Assembly (NCBI GenBank): GCA_009914755.4
Contig: CP068257.2
Coordinates: 36,128,001-36,192,000, forward strand
Origin: the human T2T-CHM13v2.0 reference genome, Homo sapiens
Length of the DNA: 64,000 bases
Direction: 5' to 3'
The position numbers were made by a program, and so were the translations under genes. Below are positions 52,506 to 63,175 of the stretch, piece after piece. Under the pieces are notes generated by a model, which searched no databases, was not told the origin of the DNA, and worked only from the letters and a program-made list of their open reading frames with translations. Each line of letters starts with the position of its first letter. Positions within the stretch are counted from its first letter, which is position 1.

Positions 52506-52784
52506 TTTTTTTAAGATGGAGTCTTACTTTGTTGCCCAGGCTGGAGTGCAGTGGCTTGATCTCAGCTCAATGCCACCTCTCTGCCCCCTGGGTTCAAGTG
52601 ATTCTCTTGAGTAGCTGTGATTACAAGCATGTGCCACCATGCCTGTCTAGTTTTTGTCTTTTTAGTAGAGATGGGGTTTTGCCATGTTGGTCAGGCTGGT
52701 TTCCAACTCCTGACCTCAAGTGATCTGCCCGCCTCGGTCTCCCAAAGCACTGGGATTACAAGGCGTGAGCCACTGTGCCTGGCC
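52506..52784 (-). mobile_element. Older Alu SINE, antisense, immediately adjacent to the AluY
   Basis: 'tttttttaagatggagtcttactttgttgcccaggctggagtgcagtggcttgatctcagctcaatgccacctctctgcc...gcctcggtctcccaaagcactgggattacaaggcgtgagccactgtgcctggcc'. Confidence 0.9.
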
Positions 52785-53469
52785 CTTTGTGTCTTTTTGT
52801 AGTTACCATGCACAAGGATTTAGTGTGAGTTATAAACAATGAAACAAAGGTAATTTTTATGTAATCATGACAATCCACAAAACCCAGTGTCTGGAGTGAA
52901 GGGAATGACAGAATACCAAGTTTTAGAGTCTATCTTTATACGGCTGTATTTCCCTGACAGAATTATAACACCAATGAAAACATGACAGTGACACTGTTGA
53001 CTCACTACCAACTGACATTTTCCCGCCTGTGGTTTGCATTTTTTTTTTTCTAACCAGTCTACCACCTACAACAGAGATGAGTGCCAGATACTCACTTTTC
53101 AACATCCTCACAACTCGGGGTTGCCTGTGTTTTCCAGTCCTAAGGGAAGGTCAGCAGATAAGTGGGTAGAGGTGAAATGAAAGAGGGGATTCTCCCTGCT
53201 CCATCCCACGTTTGCACCTGGTTGAGGCAGGATACGATGTGTGGAGCTATGGCAGCCTTCTTACCTCCAAGAGGGGAAGGCCGAAAGAAGAAATGAAGGG
53301 AAATGGGTCCAGGCAAGCTCTGAGAATTTTGAGCTACTGAACTGGACAAGTTACCTTTGGATTTTTTGTAGGTGGGACTTATTAACAATCCTCCAATATT
53401 GATATCACTTTAGCTAAACATTCTCTCAGTTGCAGTCTAGAGCTTCCTAGTTGATAAGCTATAGCAAAC

Positions 53470-53720
53470 TCCTTTTAGGTCACTCCTCTATACTGAGCAT
53501 TGGTGCTAAGGGCTCCCTGTTTTATCATTCTAATAATACAACAACAATCCCAGAAAGTGCATTTATTACAAGCCCTGTTTTACAGACACAAAAACTGAAG
53601 CCTAGAGATGGGAAGTATCTGGCCTTGGAACACGTGGTTGGTGGGTGGTTGAGGCAGGACTTGAGCCTGTGCTTTCAAATTCCTCTGTGCCTGGGGCACA
53701 GCGGAGCAAGCAGCCCCTCC
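53470..53720 (-). mobile_element. MIR SINE, near full length
   Basis: 'atactgagcattggtgctaagggctccctgttttatcattctaataatacaacaacaatcccagaaagtgcatttattacaagccctgttttacagacacaaaaactgaagcctagagatgggaagtatctggccttggaacacgtggttggtgggtggttgaggcaggacttgagcctgtgctttcaaattcctctgtgcc' is collinear with the reverse complement of the MIR consensus (tail, core, left half). Confidence 0.5.
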
Positions 53721-53864
53721 ACATGGGCTCTGGAGAAGCCCAGGAAGGGCACTGGCTCTGCTTTGAGTCCTCCTTCCCACTAGCCTCATGTCCCATGAGT
53801 CTCACTCCTAGTATTTCCTTAGGAAGGCTTTTGGGGAGCTGTGCATTTGAGTGCAGTTACCCTG

Positions 53865-54367
53865 TAGTGCTGCCCCAAGAGAAAGAAAACATATGCTCAC
53901 ACAAAAACCCATACACAAATGTCCAAGGCAGTGTTGCTCACAATAACCAAAAGGTGAAAACAACTCAAATGTACATCAACTGATCAGTGGATAAACAAAA
54001 TGTGGTCTGTCCAGGACGGAATATGATTCAGCCATAAAAGGAATGAAGTACTGATCTGTGCTACAACATAGATGAACCTTGAAAACATGCCTAGTGAAAC
54101 AAGCCAGATAGGAAAGACCATAGATGGTGTGATTCCATTCATAATAGGGCATCTGTTGAGACAGAAAGTAGATCTGTGGTTGTTTGGGGCCGGGGAAAAG
54201 GTGTGGGAAGGTGATAGTTTAAGAACACAAGGCTTCTTTTTGAGGTGATAGAAAGGTTCTAAAATTGATCTCGGTGATAGTTACACATATCTTTGAATAC
54301 ACCTAAACCACTGAATTGTACAATTTAAATGGGTGAATCGTACGGCATGTGAATTATCTCAATAAGG
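53865..54367 (+). mobile_element. Ancient L1 (L1M-type) 3'-end fragment
   Basis: '...cagtgttgctcacaataaccaaaaggtgaaaacaactcaaatgtacatcaactgatcagtggataaacaaaatgtggtctgtcc.ggacggaatatgattcagccataaaaggaatgaagtactgatctgtgctacaacatagatgaaccttgaaaacat...ccactgaattgtacaatttaaatgggtgaatcgtacggcatgtgaattatctcaataagg' matches the L1M 3' end '...cactgaattgtacactttaaaagggtgaattttatggtatgtgaattatatctcaataaag'. Confidence 0.7.
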
Positions 54368-54384
54368 ATTTTAACTTTTAAATT

Positions 54385-54708
54385 CAAGGGTACACATGTG
54401 CAGGTTTGTTATATAGGTAAACTTGTGTCACGGGGGTTTGTTGTACCGAATATTTTGTTACCCAGGTATTAAACATAGTACCTATTGGTTATTTTTCCTG
54501 ATCCTCTCCCTCCTCCCATGCTCCACTCTCCACTAGGCCCCAGTGTGTGCCATTCCCCTCTACATGTCCATGCATTCTCTTCATGTAACTCCCACTTACA
54601 AGTGAGAACACGCAGTATTTGGTTTTCTGTTCCTGCATTAGTTTGCTAAGGATAATGGCCCCCAGCTCCATCCATGTTCCTGCAAAGGACATGATCTTGT
54701 TCTCAATA
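54385..54708 (-). mobile_element. L1P-type 3'UTR fragment, antisense, inserted at the 3' end of the L1M element
   Basis: 'ttcaagggtacacatgtgcaggtttgttatataggtaaacttgtgtcacgggggtttgttgtaccgaatattttgttacccaggtattaaacatagtacctattggttatttttcctgatcctctccctcctcccatgctccactctccactaggccccagtgtgtgccattcccctctacatgtccatgcattctcttcatgtaactcccacttacaagtgagaacacgcagtatttggttttctgttcctgcattagtttgctaaggataatggcccccagctccatccatgttcctgcaaaggacatgatcttgttctc'. Candidate TSD 'tctcaataaggat' at ~54355-54367 and 54703-54715. Confidence 0.8.
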
Positions 54709-54995
54709 AGGATGTTTTCAAAAAATCACAGTGCTGCCTAGGAGGGGAAATGCCTTAGCCAGTCACCCAACACATGTAGGCTCAGCCTCCAGCAGCTTTG
54801 AAGGCGGCAGAAAGGGAGGATGAAAGGCGGGAAGGCTGGGAGAAGCTGGGGTCAGGGAGATCTGTTAGCTCAGCATGACCCAGGAAGAGGCAGGAGAGGA
54901 AGGGGTGAATTCCTTTCCTTCTTTCACTCCCTTGAGCAAAGTGAGTCTCCTCTACACAGTAATTATGGGTCAACAGGCAAGAGCAAGTTCTTCTG
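54703..54995. repeat. Left arm of a ~300-bp inverted repeat (partner at 56890-57206, spacer ~1.9 kb)
   Basis: 'caataaggatgttttcaaaaaatcacagtgctgcctaggaggggaaatgccttagccagtcacccaacacatgtaggctcagcctccagcagctttgaaggcggcagaaagggaggatgaaaggcgggaaggctgggagaagctggggtcagggagatctgttagctcagcatgacccag...' is ~80-85% identical to the reverse complement of 57206-56890. Confidence 0.75.
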
Positions 54996-56889
54996 CTTGA
55001 GGCAGAAAAAATAATGCCTCAGTGAACTGCAGCTTAGTTCACAAAACTTTGTGTGAATAAATCAGATATTCCCATTTTGTAAAAAGATATAAACACTCAG
55101 GAAATACCTACTCAAATATTTGTTCTAAGTTCTCTCGAAATGTTTGAGGTTTCCAGAATGTCTGTTACATTTCTTATATGACATTTAGAAGCCTCACTGA
55201 TTATCCTTGACTTATATATATTTAAAATGTGGTTTAGTTTGGGCATCTTCCCAGAAGCCCTAATTTTGAGAGAGCACTGTTACAATAGATTTGTCTTCCT
55301 GGTTATTTTTCCTATGGATTCTATTTTAAAGTTACAATTTTAAAATTATTATCTATGAATTTCTTCAAAAATTCCTACAAAAAACTATGAAAATGTGTTT
55401 TTTAGTAAGAGAGGCACCCAAATGCCTCTATCTGTTAAACCTTGGACTCCTCACCCCTAGGATAACACCATGAACTGCAGACAAATGTATCTGAGGCATT
55501 TGTAAGAAGTGGCTCATTCCACAGCTATAATTCTCAGCTAAAGTCCTGGAAGAAGTTGGAAATGGAGCATTTATCAAGAGCAAAAGGAAGACTTGGCTGG
55601 AACAAACCGTGCCCTATTTCCCTGGAATGGAGACTTCTTCAGAGGTAGCTGGGCAGAGGCTGAGCTAGCATGACACACCAAGTTGCCCACTGAGTCCACA
55701 CTGGGTTCTAGACAGAGAGGATGTGGCGTGGGATGACCTCAGGGTGTTGGAGAAAGGCCATGAAGAAATCCACTTAAATAAAATAGGGACCCAAACTTTA
55801 TGCTGGACAATGAAAATGTCCAGTGTTACATTGTGGGGACTTTATCCCAAAAAGTGAAACAAAAACTCTGAAAATAAGTTATCTGATATTAAACATAATT
55901 TTGGACGTAGTTCTAACCAAGCTACCGTTCTTAGAAAATAAGCAGGAATTAAGTGTTGATTATTTCTCATCTGGGTGATTTTTCTGGCAAAAATCCACAT
56001 TAGTACAATTAAATAGCCTCTCTTTTATACAGAGAGCTTATCAGCAAGACCATAAAGAAAGTCGGTTTTGCAGAGACAGGCAGGGGCTTTATTTCCCGAA
56101 GGGCCGCTGATAACCCTTGATAAGCATATCATTCTCTCTGAAGGCACATCCTGTTTGCCATCTTCCTGATCATTTTCTCCTCTTCAGTAGGGAATGAGTT
56201 CGTCTCTACTAAATCATCATTGTCAGTGATGTACCCCCCGCCAAGAGGGGCGGAGGTTCCCAACCTCCCAGCCCATGACTTTATGAAATTCCACATCTGT
56301 CACAAGATTGCACATCTTACTTTGCAAGGCATTTGCACTGGATTATCGGGTAGGATCCTGACTCAGAGAGAGACTGAACTACAGGGAACTGGATGCCTCT
56401 GCGGAGGTTGATGAGAGGTAGGGAAGACGGATGTTGGGGATAAGGGAGAGGGGGACTCGTTGTTAAAGATGGCCAGTTCATAGGGAGTATCCTTGTTTAG
56501 GACAACTTTGACCGAACATACTCAACCTTCTGACTTTTCAGAATCAGATAGCTGGGGTTCTCTGCATATCATCTGGATTTTTGAACCCAACCCTTTGGCC
56601 TCAGTTTCCTGGATATTTTGGATAAAAGCACACCCCCATTTTGCCTGAGTTATCTTGCAAACAGCCCCGATTTTTGGCTTCATTTATTGTCTGGGTTTTG
56701 ATACCAGATGAACATTTTTGGAGCATCCACTGTGTGCAAAACTCCAAGGAGCCACTGGGGCTTCTGCAGAGCCCCTGCCGCATGCTTTTCTCCAAGATGC
56801 CATCTGGAGAACTCCATCCTGCACAGTTTCAAGCAGCACTTCTGGGACGCTTGGTTGTCCTGCCTCTCTGGTGACCCCAGCTCTTTTCA

Positions 56890-57206
56890 CATCACTTTGC
56901 TTGCCATGCACAACTGCAATTATTTGTGTGCCAGTCTCCCTCCACTTCACCCTCACGGGCAGCCCCAGGGCATGGGCTCACCACCCTTCTTGGGTCTCTA
57001 CTTGTGCTTTTCTCCATCACTGGGTAACGCTGAGCGAATATGTCTCCCTGACTCAGCTTCTCCCAGCCTTCCCACTTCTCATCCTCTCCTTCTGCCCACC
57101 TCAAAGCTGCTGGAGGCTGAGCCTATGTGTGTTGGGTGACTGGCTAAGGCATTTCCCCTCCTAGGCAGCACTGTGATTTTTTTTTAAAAAATCATCCTTA
57201 TTGAAG
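56890..57206. repeat. Right arm of the inverted repeat (partner of 54703-54995)
   Basis: Its reverse complement reads 'cttcaataaggatgattttttaaaaaaaaatcacagtgctgcctaggaggggaaatgccttagccagtcacccaacacacataggctcagcctccagcagctttgaggtgggcagaaggagaggatgagaagtgggaaggctgggagaagctgagtcagggagacatattcgctcagcgttacccag...'. Translated ORFs on opposite strands share similar peptides ('SWGQGDLLAQHDPG' vs 'GWEKLSQGDIFAQRYP'). Confidence 0.75.
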
Positions 57207-57714
57207 TGGAGGTGTGGACCCCTTTCCCGACTCAGAGGACTGTGGTGAGGACAAGGAAGATGACATCAAACCACTTGCATTTTATTTGGTATTTCTCAAA
57301 GCCCCTTAACATCAACTATCTCAACATTATTCCCCCCAGTCACCATGTGTGGTAGGCATGAAAGATACTGTCCCTAAAGTGGGTTGATAAAGTAGTAGTT
57401 AGAGTGACTATGCTCAGAGAAGGTGTGATTTGCCCAAAATTATACAACTTGTGAGTGGTGAAGCTGGAGCCAATGCCAAATTCTTAGTTATTTCCACAGA
57501 AACAGGGCACATTTAGGGCTTTGACATCACCAACTTTCAGAGCCTATTACTACCTATGATGAGAAGGATATAGCATGGCGGGGGTGAAGGATCCAGGCAT
57601 CCTTCCATTCATTTCCTCATCCTGTGGTCCTTTCTTAGCCTTCCCTCTAAGCAAGAAGCAGTTGTTGCAGGGGGGAACACCCCAAGCTTCCCAGTGTCCA
57701 GGCCTGGGAGACTG

Positions 57715-58100
57715 TGGCAGGCTAAGCAATGTCCTCCCAAAGATGTCCACTTCCTAACCCCTGGGACCCGTGAATTTGTTTCCTTACATGGTGAAAAGGT
57801 CTTGCAGATGTGGTTAAAGGAAGGCTCTTGTGAAGGGGAGATGGTCCTGGGTTATCCAGAGGGCCCAATATAATCACAAGGGTCCTTATAAGGGTAGGGC
57901 GGGAGGGACAGAAAAGAAAAAGGGTGATGTGATGATGGAAGTGGAGAGAGAGAGATTGGAAGAGGCTATGCTGCCAGCTTTGAAGATGAAGAATCAGGCC
58001 AGGAGCCACCTCTAGAAGTGAGAAGAGGCCAGAAGATGGCTCCTTTCTTAGAGCCTCCAGGAGGAACCCATCCAGGCCAACCCATGTTAGACTTCTAACC
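57715..58100 (+). mobile_element. MaLR LTR, MLT1-type, 3'-truncated
   Basis: 'taagcaatgtcctcccaaagatgtccacttcctaacccctgggacccgtgaatttgtttccttacatggtgaaaaggtcttgcagatgtggttaaagg...ggagatggtcctgggttatccagagggcccaatataatcacaagggtccttataagggtagggcgggagg...gttagacttctaacc'. Confidence 0.5.
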
Positions 58101-58127
58101 ACAAAAACTCAAAGGGAATACATTTAT

Positions 58128-58210
58128 ATTAGGTTTTTGTTGCTGCTGTAACAAATTGTTACAAATTCAGTGGCTTAAAATAATATAAATTTAGGTGACT
58201 TACAGCCATC
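58128..58210 (-). mobile_element. MLT1-type LTR terminal fragment, inverted and abutting the previous copy
   Basis: 'tattaggtttttgttgctgctgtaacaaattgttacaaattcagtggcttaaaataatataaatttaggtgacttacagc' is the reverse complement of the MLT1 tail '...gccactaagtttgtggtaatttgttacagcagcaataggaaactaataca'. Confidence 0.35.
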
Positions 58211-59477
58211 CTTCTGGAAAAGAGCATTTAAATCATTTTAAGGGTCACGTGAGACCATGGGCAAACAGACCTGCTTGGAAACACATCAGTGGGGAGCAGA
58301 AAGGTCAGCATAGTTAAGGAATCAAGTCAACACTGCGGTGATAGCACTGCAGGTATAAATAAATACTCGACTCTCCTGCCACTAGGATCCTCTGCCCTAG
58401 GTATTTCACTCAGATCCTCCACTCCTGACCTGTTTTACCCACCACTCTCAGCAGGGCTTTCCGACCTGGCATGGATTTTGAAGACCATTATAGGCTGGTA
58501 AATTTCAAATAGTTGACGTCCTTGGCTCATCCTTGTCAACGCACAGCGAACTGGTTAAATTCTAAGCCTTTGACAATGACGTTGAAAATTATGTTTTCTT
58601 CCTTAGGGCCGGTTGGAAGAACAGGAATGCGGTGGGGAGCAAAACACCCACCCATCATCCTGTCAGAGGCTATTCTATCTCAGTGGCCACAGAACTGTGG
58701 AGGAGGCCTTGAAGCTTAATTTCCCATTTTAGTGCCTTCCTTCAGAGACAGTGCTGGCCAAGAATCTATGACCTCAAATCCACACAGCACAGCATCTGCG
58801 TGATCTTGAAATGTACTTAGTAGAACAAGACATCAATCCACCACGGAAATAAGTCTGTGGTGATGCTGGGGCTGGAGTGGGGGCAGGAGATTCATGGTAT
58901 ATAGTGAGTCGGCCAGAATCATAATTAGAGCATTTATCATAATTCCTGACACTCTAATTGGCTTAAAAGTCTCTTCTTAGGACAGTGTTGGACAGTATTT
59001 CACCGTAGGAATTTGCTTTTCCAGGTGATTTTGTAGCAGACGTCACCACTGTCACTGACCATTATTCCCTCAAATTGGCAGAGAAGTGCCCTCCTCCCTG
59101 CCCCACTGGGGTCCATGGTGGGCACACACCAGCAGGCAAAACGATGAGGAAGTGCTGTCCTATTTGCTTCAAATTAAAATGAACACACGACACCTACCTT
59201 CCACATGAAGAAATAACACTATCTTCCCTACGTCTGTTTCTCTCTTGGCATGACTCCATCTGAGTTGGGCTCACCTTTTGACTGTGTCCTCACCATCTCA
59301 CTCCTTCATGGGACCAGGGACACTGGATAGAGGGGAGGGCTCACAGAAGGGGCGTCCTTTTGGGGAAAGCTTTTGCTGATGTTGCCTGCCCTTCGCTTCT
59401 ATCCAAGTCTCCCACTTTGAATTTTATTTCTGAGCTCAAAATCCCTGTGAGCAAAAATACTCTGCCCCCAATTAAAA

Positions 59478-60733
59478 AAATGGGGAAAGGATTTTAATAG
59501 ACATTTCTTCAAAGGAGATATTAAAATCTGCCATGAGCACCAGAAAAGATGCATCGTTAGTCACTAGGGAAGTGCAAATCAAAACCACTTTCACACCCAC
59601 TAGGATGACTCTAATCAGAAAGACAGATAATAACAAGTGTTGACAAGGATGTGGGGAAATTGCAACACTCATTGTTTGTAGGATTGTAAAATGGTGCAGC
59701 TTCTGTGGAAAACAGGTTGGCAGTTCCTCAAAAGGTTAAACATTGAATTACCACATGACCCAGCAGTTCCACTCCTAGGTGCATACCCCCCAAAATTAAA
59801 AACCTATGTCCACACAAAAATTACTATGTGGATATTCATAGCACTACTATTCTTTTTTAATTTTTATTTTATTTAACTTTATTTTAATTTCAGGGGTACG
59901 TGTGCAGGTTTTTTATACAGGTAAACTTGTGTCATGGGGGTTTGTTGTACAGATTATTTCATCACTCAGGTATTAAGCCTAGTACCCATTAGTTATTTTT
60001 CCTGATCTTCTCCCTCCTCCCATCCTCCACCCTCTAATAGGCTCCAGTAGAGGTTGTTCCCCTCTGTGTGTCCATGTATTATCATTTAGCTCCCCCTTAT
60101 AAGTGAGAACATGCGGTATTTGGTTTTCTGTTCCTGCATTAGCTTGGTAAGGATAATGGCCTACAGCTCCATCCATGTTCCTGCAAAGGATATGATCTCA
60201 TTATTTTTTATGGCTTTATAGTATTCCATGGTGTATATGTACCACATTTTCTTTACCCAGTCTATCATTGATGGGCATTGTTGAGTCTATGTCTTTACTA
60301 TAGTGAGTAGGCACTACTATTCACAACAGCCAAAAAAGTGGAAACAACCAAACTGATGAATGGATAATTATGATGTGGTACAATGGAATATTATTTAGCT
60401 ATAAAAAGGAATGAACATGGATGAACCTTGATAACATTATGCTAAATAAAAGAAACTAGACACAACAGACCATCTATTGTGCAAGTCTATTTATATGAAA
60501 TATTCACAACAGGAAATCCATAGAGACAGAAAAGAGATAAGGGATTGCCAGGAAAGGGGGCAGGTGGAATGACTGCTAATAAAGACAGAGTTTCTTTTTG
60601 GGGTGATAGAAATGTTCTGGCATTAGATTGTGGTGATGGTTGCATGAATTTGTGAAGACACCAAAACACACTGAATTGTATACTTTACAAGTGTGAATTT
60701 TGCGATATGTGAATTATATTTCAATGAAAATAA
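59478..60733 (+). mobile_element. Ancient L1 (L1M-type) ORF2 C-terminus plus 3' end, split by a nested L1P fragment at 59853-60310
   Basis: 'aaaaatggggaaaggattttaatagacatttcttcaaaggagatattaaaatctgccatgagcaccagaaaagatgcatcgttagtcactagggaagtgcaaatcaaaaccactttcacacccactaggatgactctaatcagaaagacagataataacaagtgttgacaaggatgtggggaaattgcaacactcattg...gttcctcaaaaggttaaacattgaattaccacatgacccagcagttccactcctaggtgcatacccc...' continues after the insert with 'cacaacagccaaaaaagtggaaacaaccaaactgatgaatggataattatgatgtggtacaatggaatattatttagctataaaaaggaatgaac...cactgaattgtatactttacaagtgtgaattttgcgatatgtgaattatatttcaatgaaa'. Confidence 0.75.
59853..60310 (-). mobile_element. L1P-type 3'UTR/ORF2-end fragment, antisense, nested inside the L1M element with a 12-bp TSD
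   Basis: 'ttttttaatttttattttatttaactttattttaatttcaggggtacgtgtgcaggttttttatacaggtaaacttgtgtcatgggggtttgttgtacagattatttcatcactcaggtattaagcctagtacccattagttatttttcctgatcttctccctcctcccatcctccaccctct...tataagtgagaacatgcggtatttggttttctgttcctgcattagcttggtaaggataatggcctacagctccatccatgttcctgcaaaggatatgatctcattattttttatggctttatagtattccatggtgtatatgtaccacattttctttacccagtctatcattgatgggcattg...'. TSD 'gcactactattc' at 59841-59852 and 60311-60322. Confidence 0.85.
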
Positions 60734-61039
60734 TTATATGAGAAAAATATCACTTCTGGGGAGTGATACTGGGGTTCCAAGGTGGTCCTGTCTTCTGCTT
60801 GAATCTTAAATTGTATTATTTTAGTAAAGATGATGATAAAAATAAAAAAAATACGCTCTGTCAATCTGAGCTGCCTCTTCCTTCCCCATTTGGCGTTTGG
60901 TGTTATCACTTCCTGAGCAGCTGGGACAAGGGTCTCTTGCTACCCTTTGCATCCTGAATTTTATTTCTTTGCTCTCTGAGCCTGCCTTTCTGGCCATGAG
61001 CCCCCTGAAGTCCCTGCTGTGTTCCCTTCTTGTTTATTG

Positions 61040-61483
61040 ATTTGTGTTACCAAAAGGATGTGACTTTATTTGGAAATAAGGCATTTGCAGAAGTGATCAA
61101 ATTAAGATGAGTTCGGACTAGATTAAGGAGTGTCTTAATCCAATGACTGGTGTACTTATGAGAAGAGGTAAATTTGGACACAGAGAAAGGCACAGAGGGA
61201 TGATAATGTGAAGACACACAGGCAGATGTGTGGTGTGTGATGACAGTGGCAGAGCTGCAGTGATGCGTCTGCAAGCCAAGGAATGCCAAGGATCTCTGTC
61301 AACCACGAGGAGTCGGAAGAGGCCAGGAAGGACACTCCCCTAGAGCCTTCAGCGACAGCATGACCCTGTTGACATCTGAATTACAAACTTCTGGCCTCCA
61401 GACCTGCAAGTGAATAAATTTCTGTTGTTTTAAGTGCCCACTTTGTGATAGTTTGTTGCAGTCACCCTAGGAAACTAATATAG
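61040..61483 (+). mobile_element. MaLR solo LTR, MLT1-type (more diverged subfamily)
   Basis: 'ttaccaaaaggatgtgactttatttggaaataaggcatttgcagaagtgatcaaattaagatgag...gattaaggagtgtcttaatccaatgactggtgtacttatgagaagagg...gtgaagacacacaggcagatgtgtggtg...gcaagccaaggaatgccaaggatc...cctagagccttcagcgacagcatgaccctgttgacatctgaattacaaacttctggcctccagacctgcaagtgaataaatttctgttgttttaagtgcccactttgtgatagtttgttgcagtcaccctaggaaactaata'. Confidence 0.5.
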
Positions 61484-62902
61484 CGTTCTAACATGAAATC
61501 TGGCACACGGAAGCCCAAACATGTTTGTTGAGTGAATTACTCTTCTGCTTCTATGTGATCTGTGATGGCTGACATGGAAAGAAGCCCCAGCAACTGGCTG
61601 ATAAAAAATGGAATAGTTAGTTCCTGCTTTTACAAGTGAGAACTTCAGCAAGAGATGAAGTTGTTTACCCCAGGTAGATAGCGGATGGGGACTGAGGATT
61701 TACTTCAGATATTTCAACTCTGAGTTAATGAAAGGAGATAGGAAAGAGAAATGAGCCTCTTCGAGAGCCTACTATGAGTCAGGCACTGTGTATGTGGTAT
61801 AATTTATTTCTCTCAAGGACCCTATGTTATGAGCATTCTTATCCACATTTCTGCAAAATAGACAATTGGCATGAAAACAGAGATGGGCCTCTGGACCTTG
61901 GATGTCCAAGGTCACGTAGTAAATAGCAAAGCCAGAATTCCCCCCTCCCCGGGTCTTTATGATTGTAAGGTCTTCCTCCCCTTGATCATGCTGAGGAGAT
62001 TTATTGATCAGACAGCTTTCAAATATCAGGAGGACGTTTCAAGTTTATTTGGCAAGTGATCAGGATCTACTTACCTTACAAACTCAAGTTGTGAATGAAA
62101 AATTCATTATCTCCATTTTCTAGTCATTAACTATACAATCCTGATCTAAATTCACAAATATAAACATTTTCTGTGATCAATAGAACAACGATAATATTTT
62201 AATGTGTGCAGTGTATTTTTGCTCTTTTGAGAGTAATAAATTGCTGAGATGAGTAATATAACCAATAAATGAAACATAAAAATAACTAAACCTTAAACTT
62301 AACTAAGGAATTTTTTGCATTCAGTTTTTTTCAGTGAAGTGACTGATAAACCTTCTGTAAAGGCATATAAAATTCTTACAGATTATATTGTTTTATTATT
62401 TTGGGAGTAGTAAATGGGAATAACTTTCAATAGGATATGCAAACCATTTTCTTTCTCAGCATCATTTATTTTAAAAATTTTGTAACAATTTAGAAAGGTT
62501 GTTTTTCAATTTCTTTCTCCATTTTCTCAGGAAATTGCTATGAAGATTGGCTTATTTTTAAGTTGCTAACCTATTTGAGCATTTGGGGAAAGCTTTCAAC
62601 AGCTAATGACCTACACTTACCCCATATGTCGGGAACATTGAGTGTAGTTAGCTAATGTTATATAATCTTTGCAAAAATTATTTTCATTAGAGTAATTACT
62701 GCTATGGTTGGGAATGAGTTATTCCATTTTTCCATGGTTTTGAGAAATATGAACAGAAAAGTACAAGCTATAATTAAATCAAACCATTAAAAAGAAATGT
62801 AATGGTTTAGCCCTGGAGTGAGTTTCTAAAATGTAAAAGTCACGTATTTCCTGAAATTCAAAGATGGTGAGAGATTCAATGTCCATTGTCATATTTAAGA
62901 AC

Positions 62903-63175
62903 ACAGTCATGTGTCGCATAACAACGTTTCTGTCATTGACGATGGACGACAGTGGTCCCGTAAGATTATAATACCACATTTTTATCGTCTTTTTTCTATG
63001 TTTAGATTTGTTTAGACACACAAATACCATTGTGTTCCAATTTCCTACAGTAGTTAGCGCAGTAACATGCTACACAGGCTTGTGGCCTAGGAGCAACAGG
63101 CTGGACCATGTAGCCTAGGTGAGTAGCAGGCTATGCCATCTAGGTTTGTGGTATCTATCTAAACATATCATCTAG
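62903..63175. mobile_element. Fragment (5' half) of a palindromic CpG-rich MITE of probable Tc1/mariner origin
   Basis: 'acagtcatgtgtcgcataacaacgtttctgtcattgacgatggacgacagtggtcccgtaagattataataccacatttttatcgtcttttttctatgtttagatttgtttagacacacaaataccattgtgttccaatttcctacagtagttagcgcagtaacatgctacacaggcttgtggcctaggagcaacaggctggaccatgtagcctaggtgagtagcaggctatgccatctaggtttgtgg' matches my recollection of a common human MITE ('tacagtcatgcgtcgcttaacgacgg...cagtaacatgctgtacaggtttgtagcctaggagcaataggctataccatatagcctaggtgtgtagtaggctataccatctaggtttgtg'). The family name is not certain. Confidence 0.35.

Noticed and set aside
54709-54716. 'CACAGTG' / 'CACTGTG' heptamers at the outer ends of the inverted repeat (54725-54731 and 57169-57175), reminiscent of V(D)J RSS or Transib termini
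   Set aside because: The inverted-repeat homology continues ~20 bp beyond the heptamers, so they are not the element termini. No nonamer at a 12/23-bp spacing is present. This is probably coincidental.
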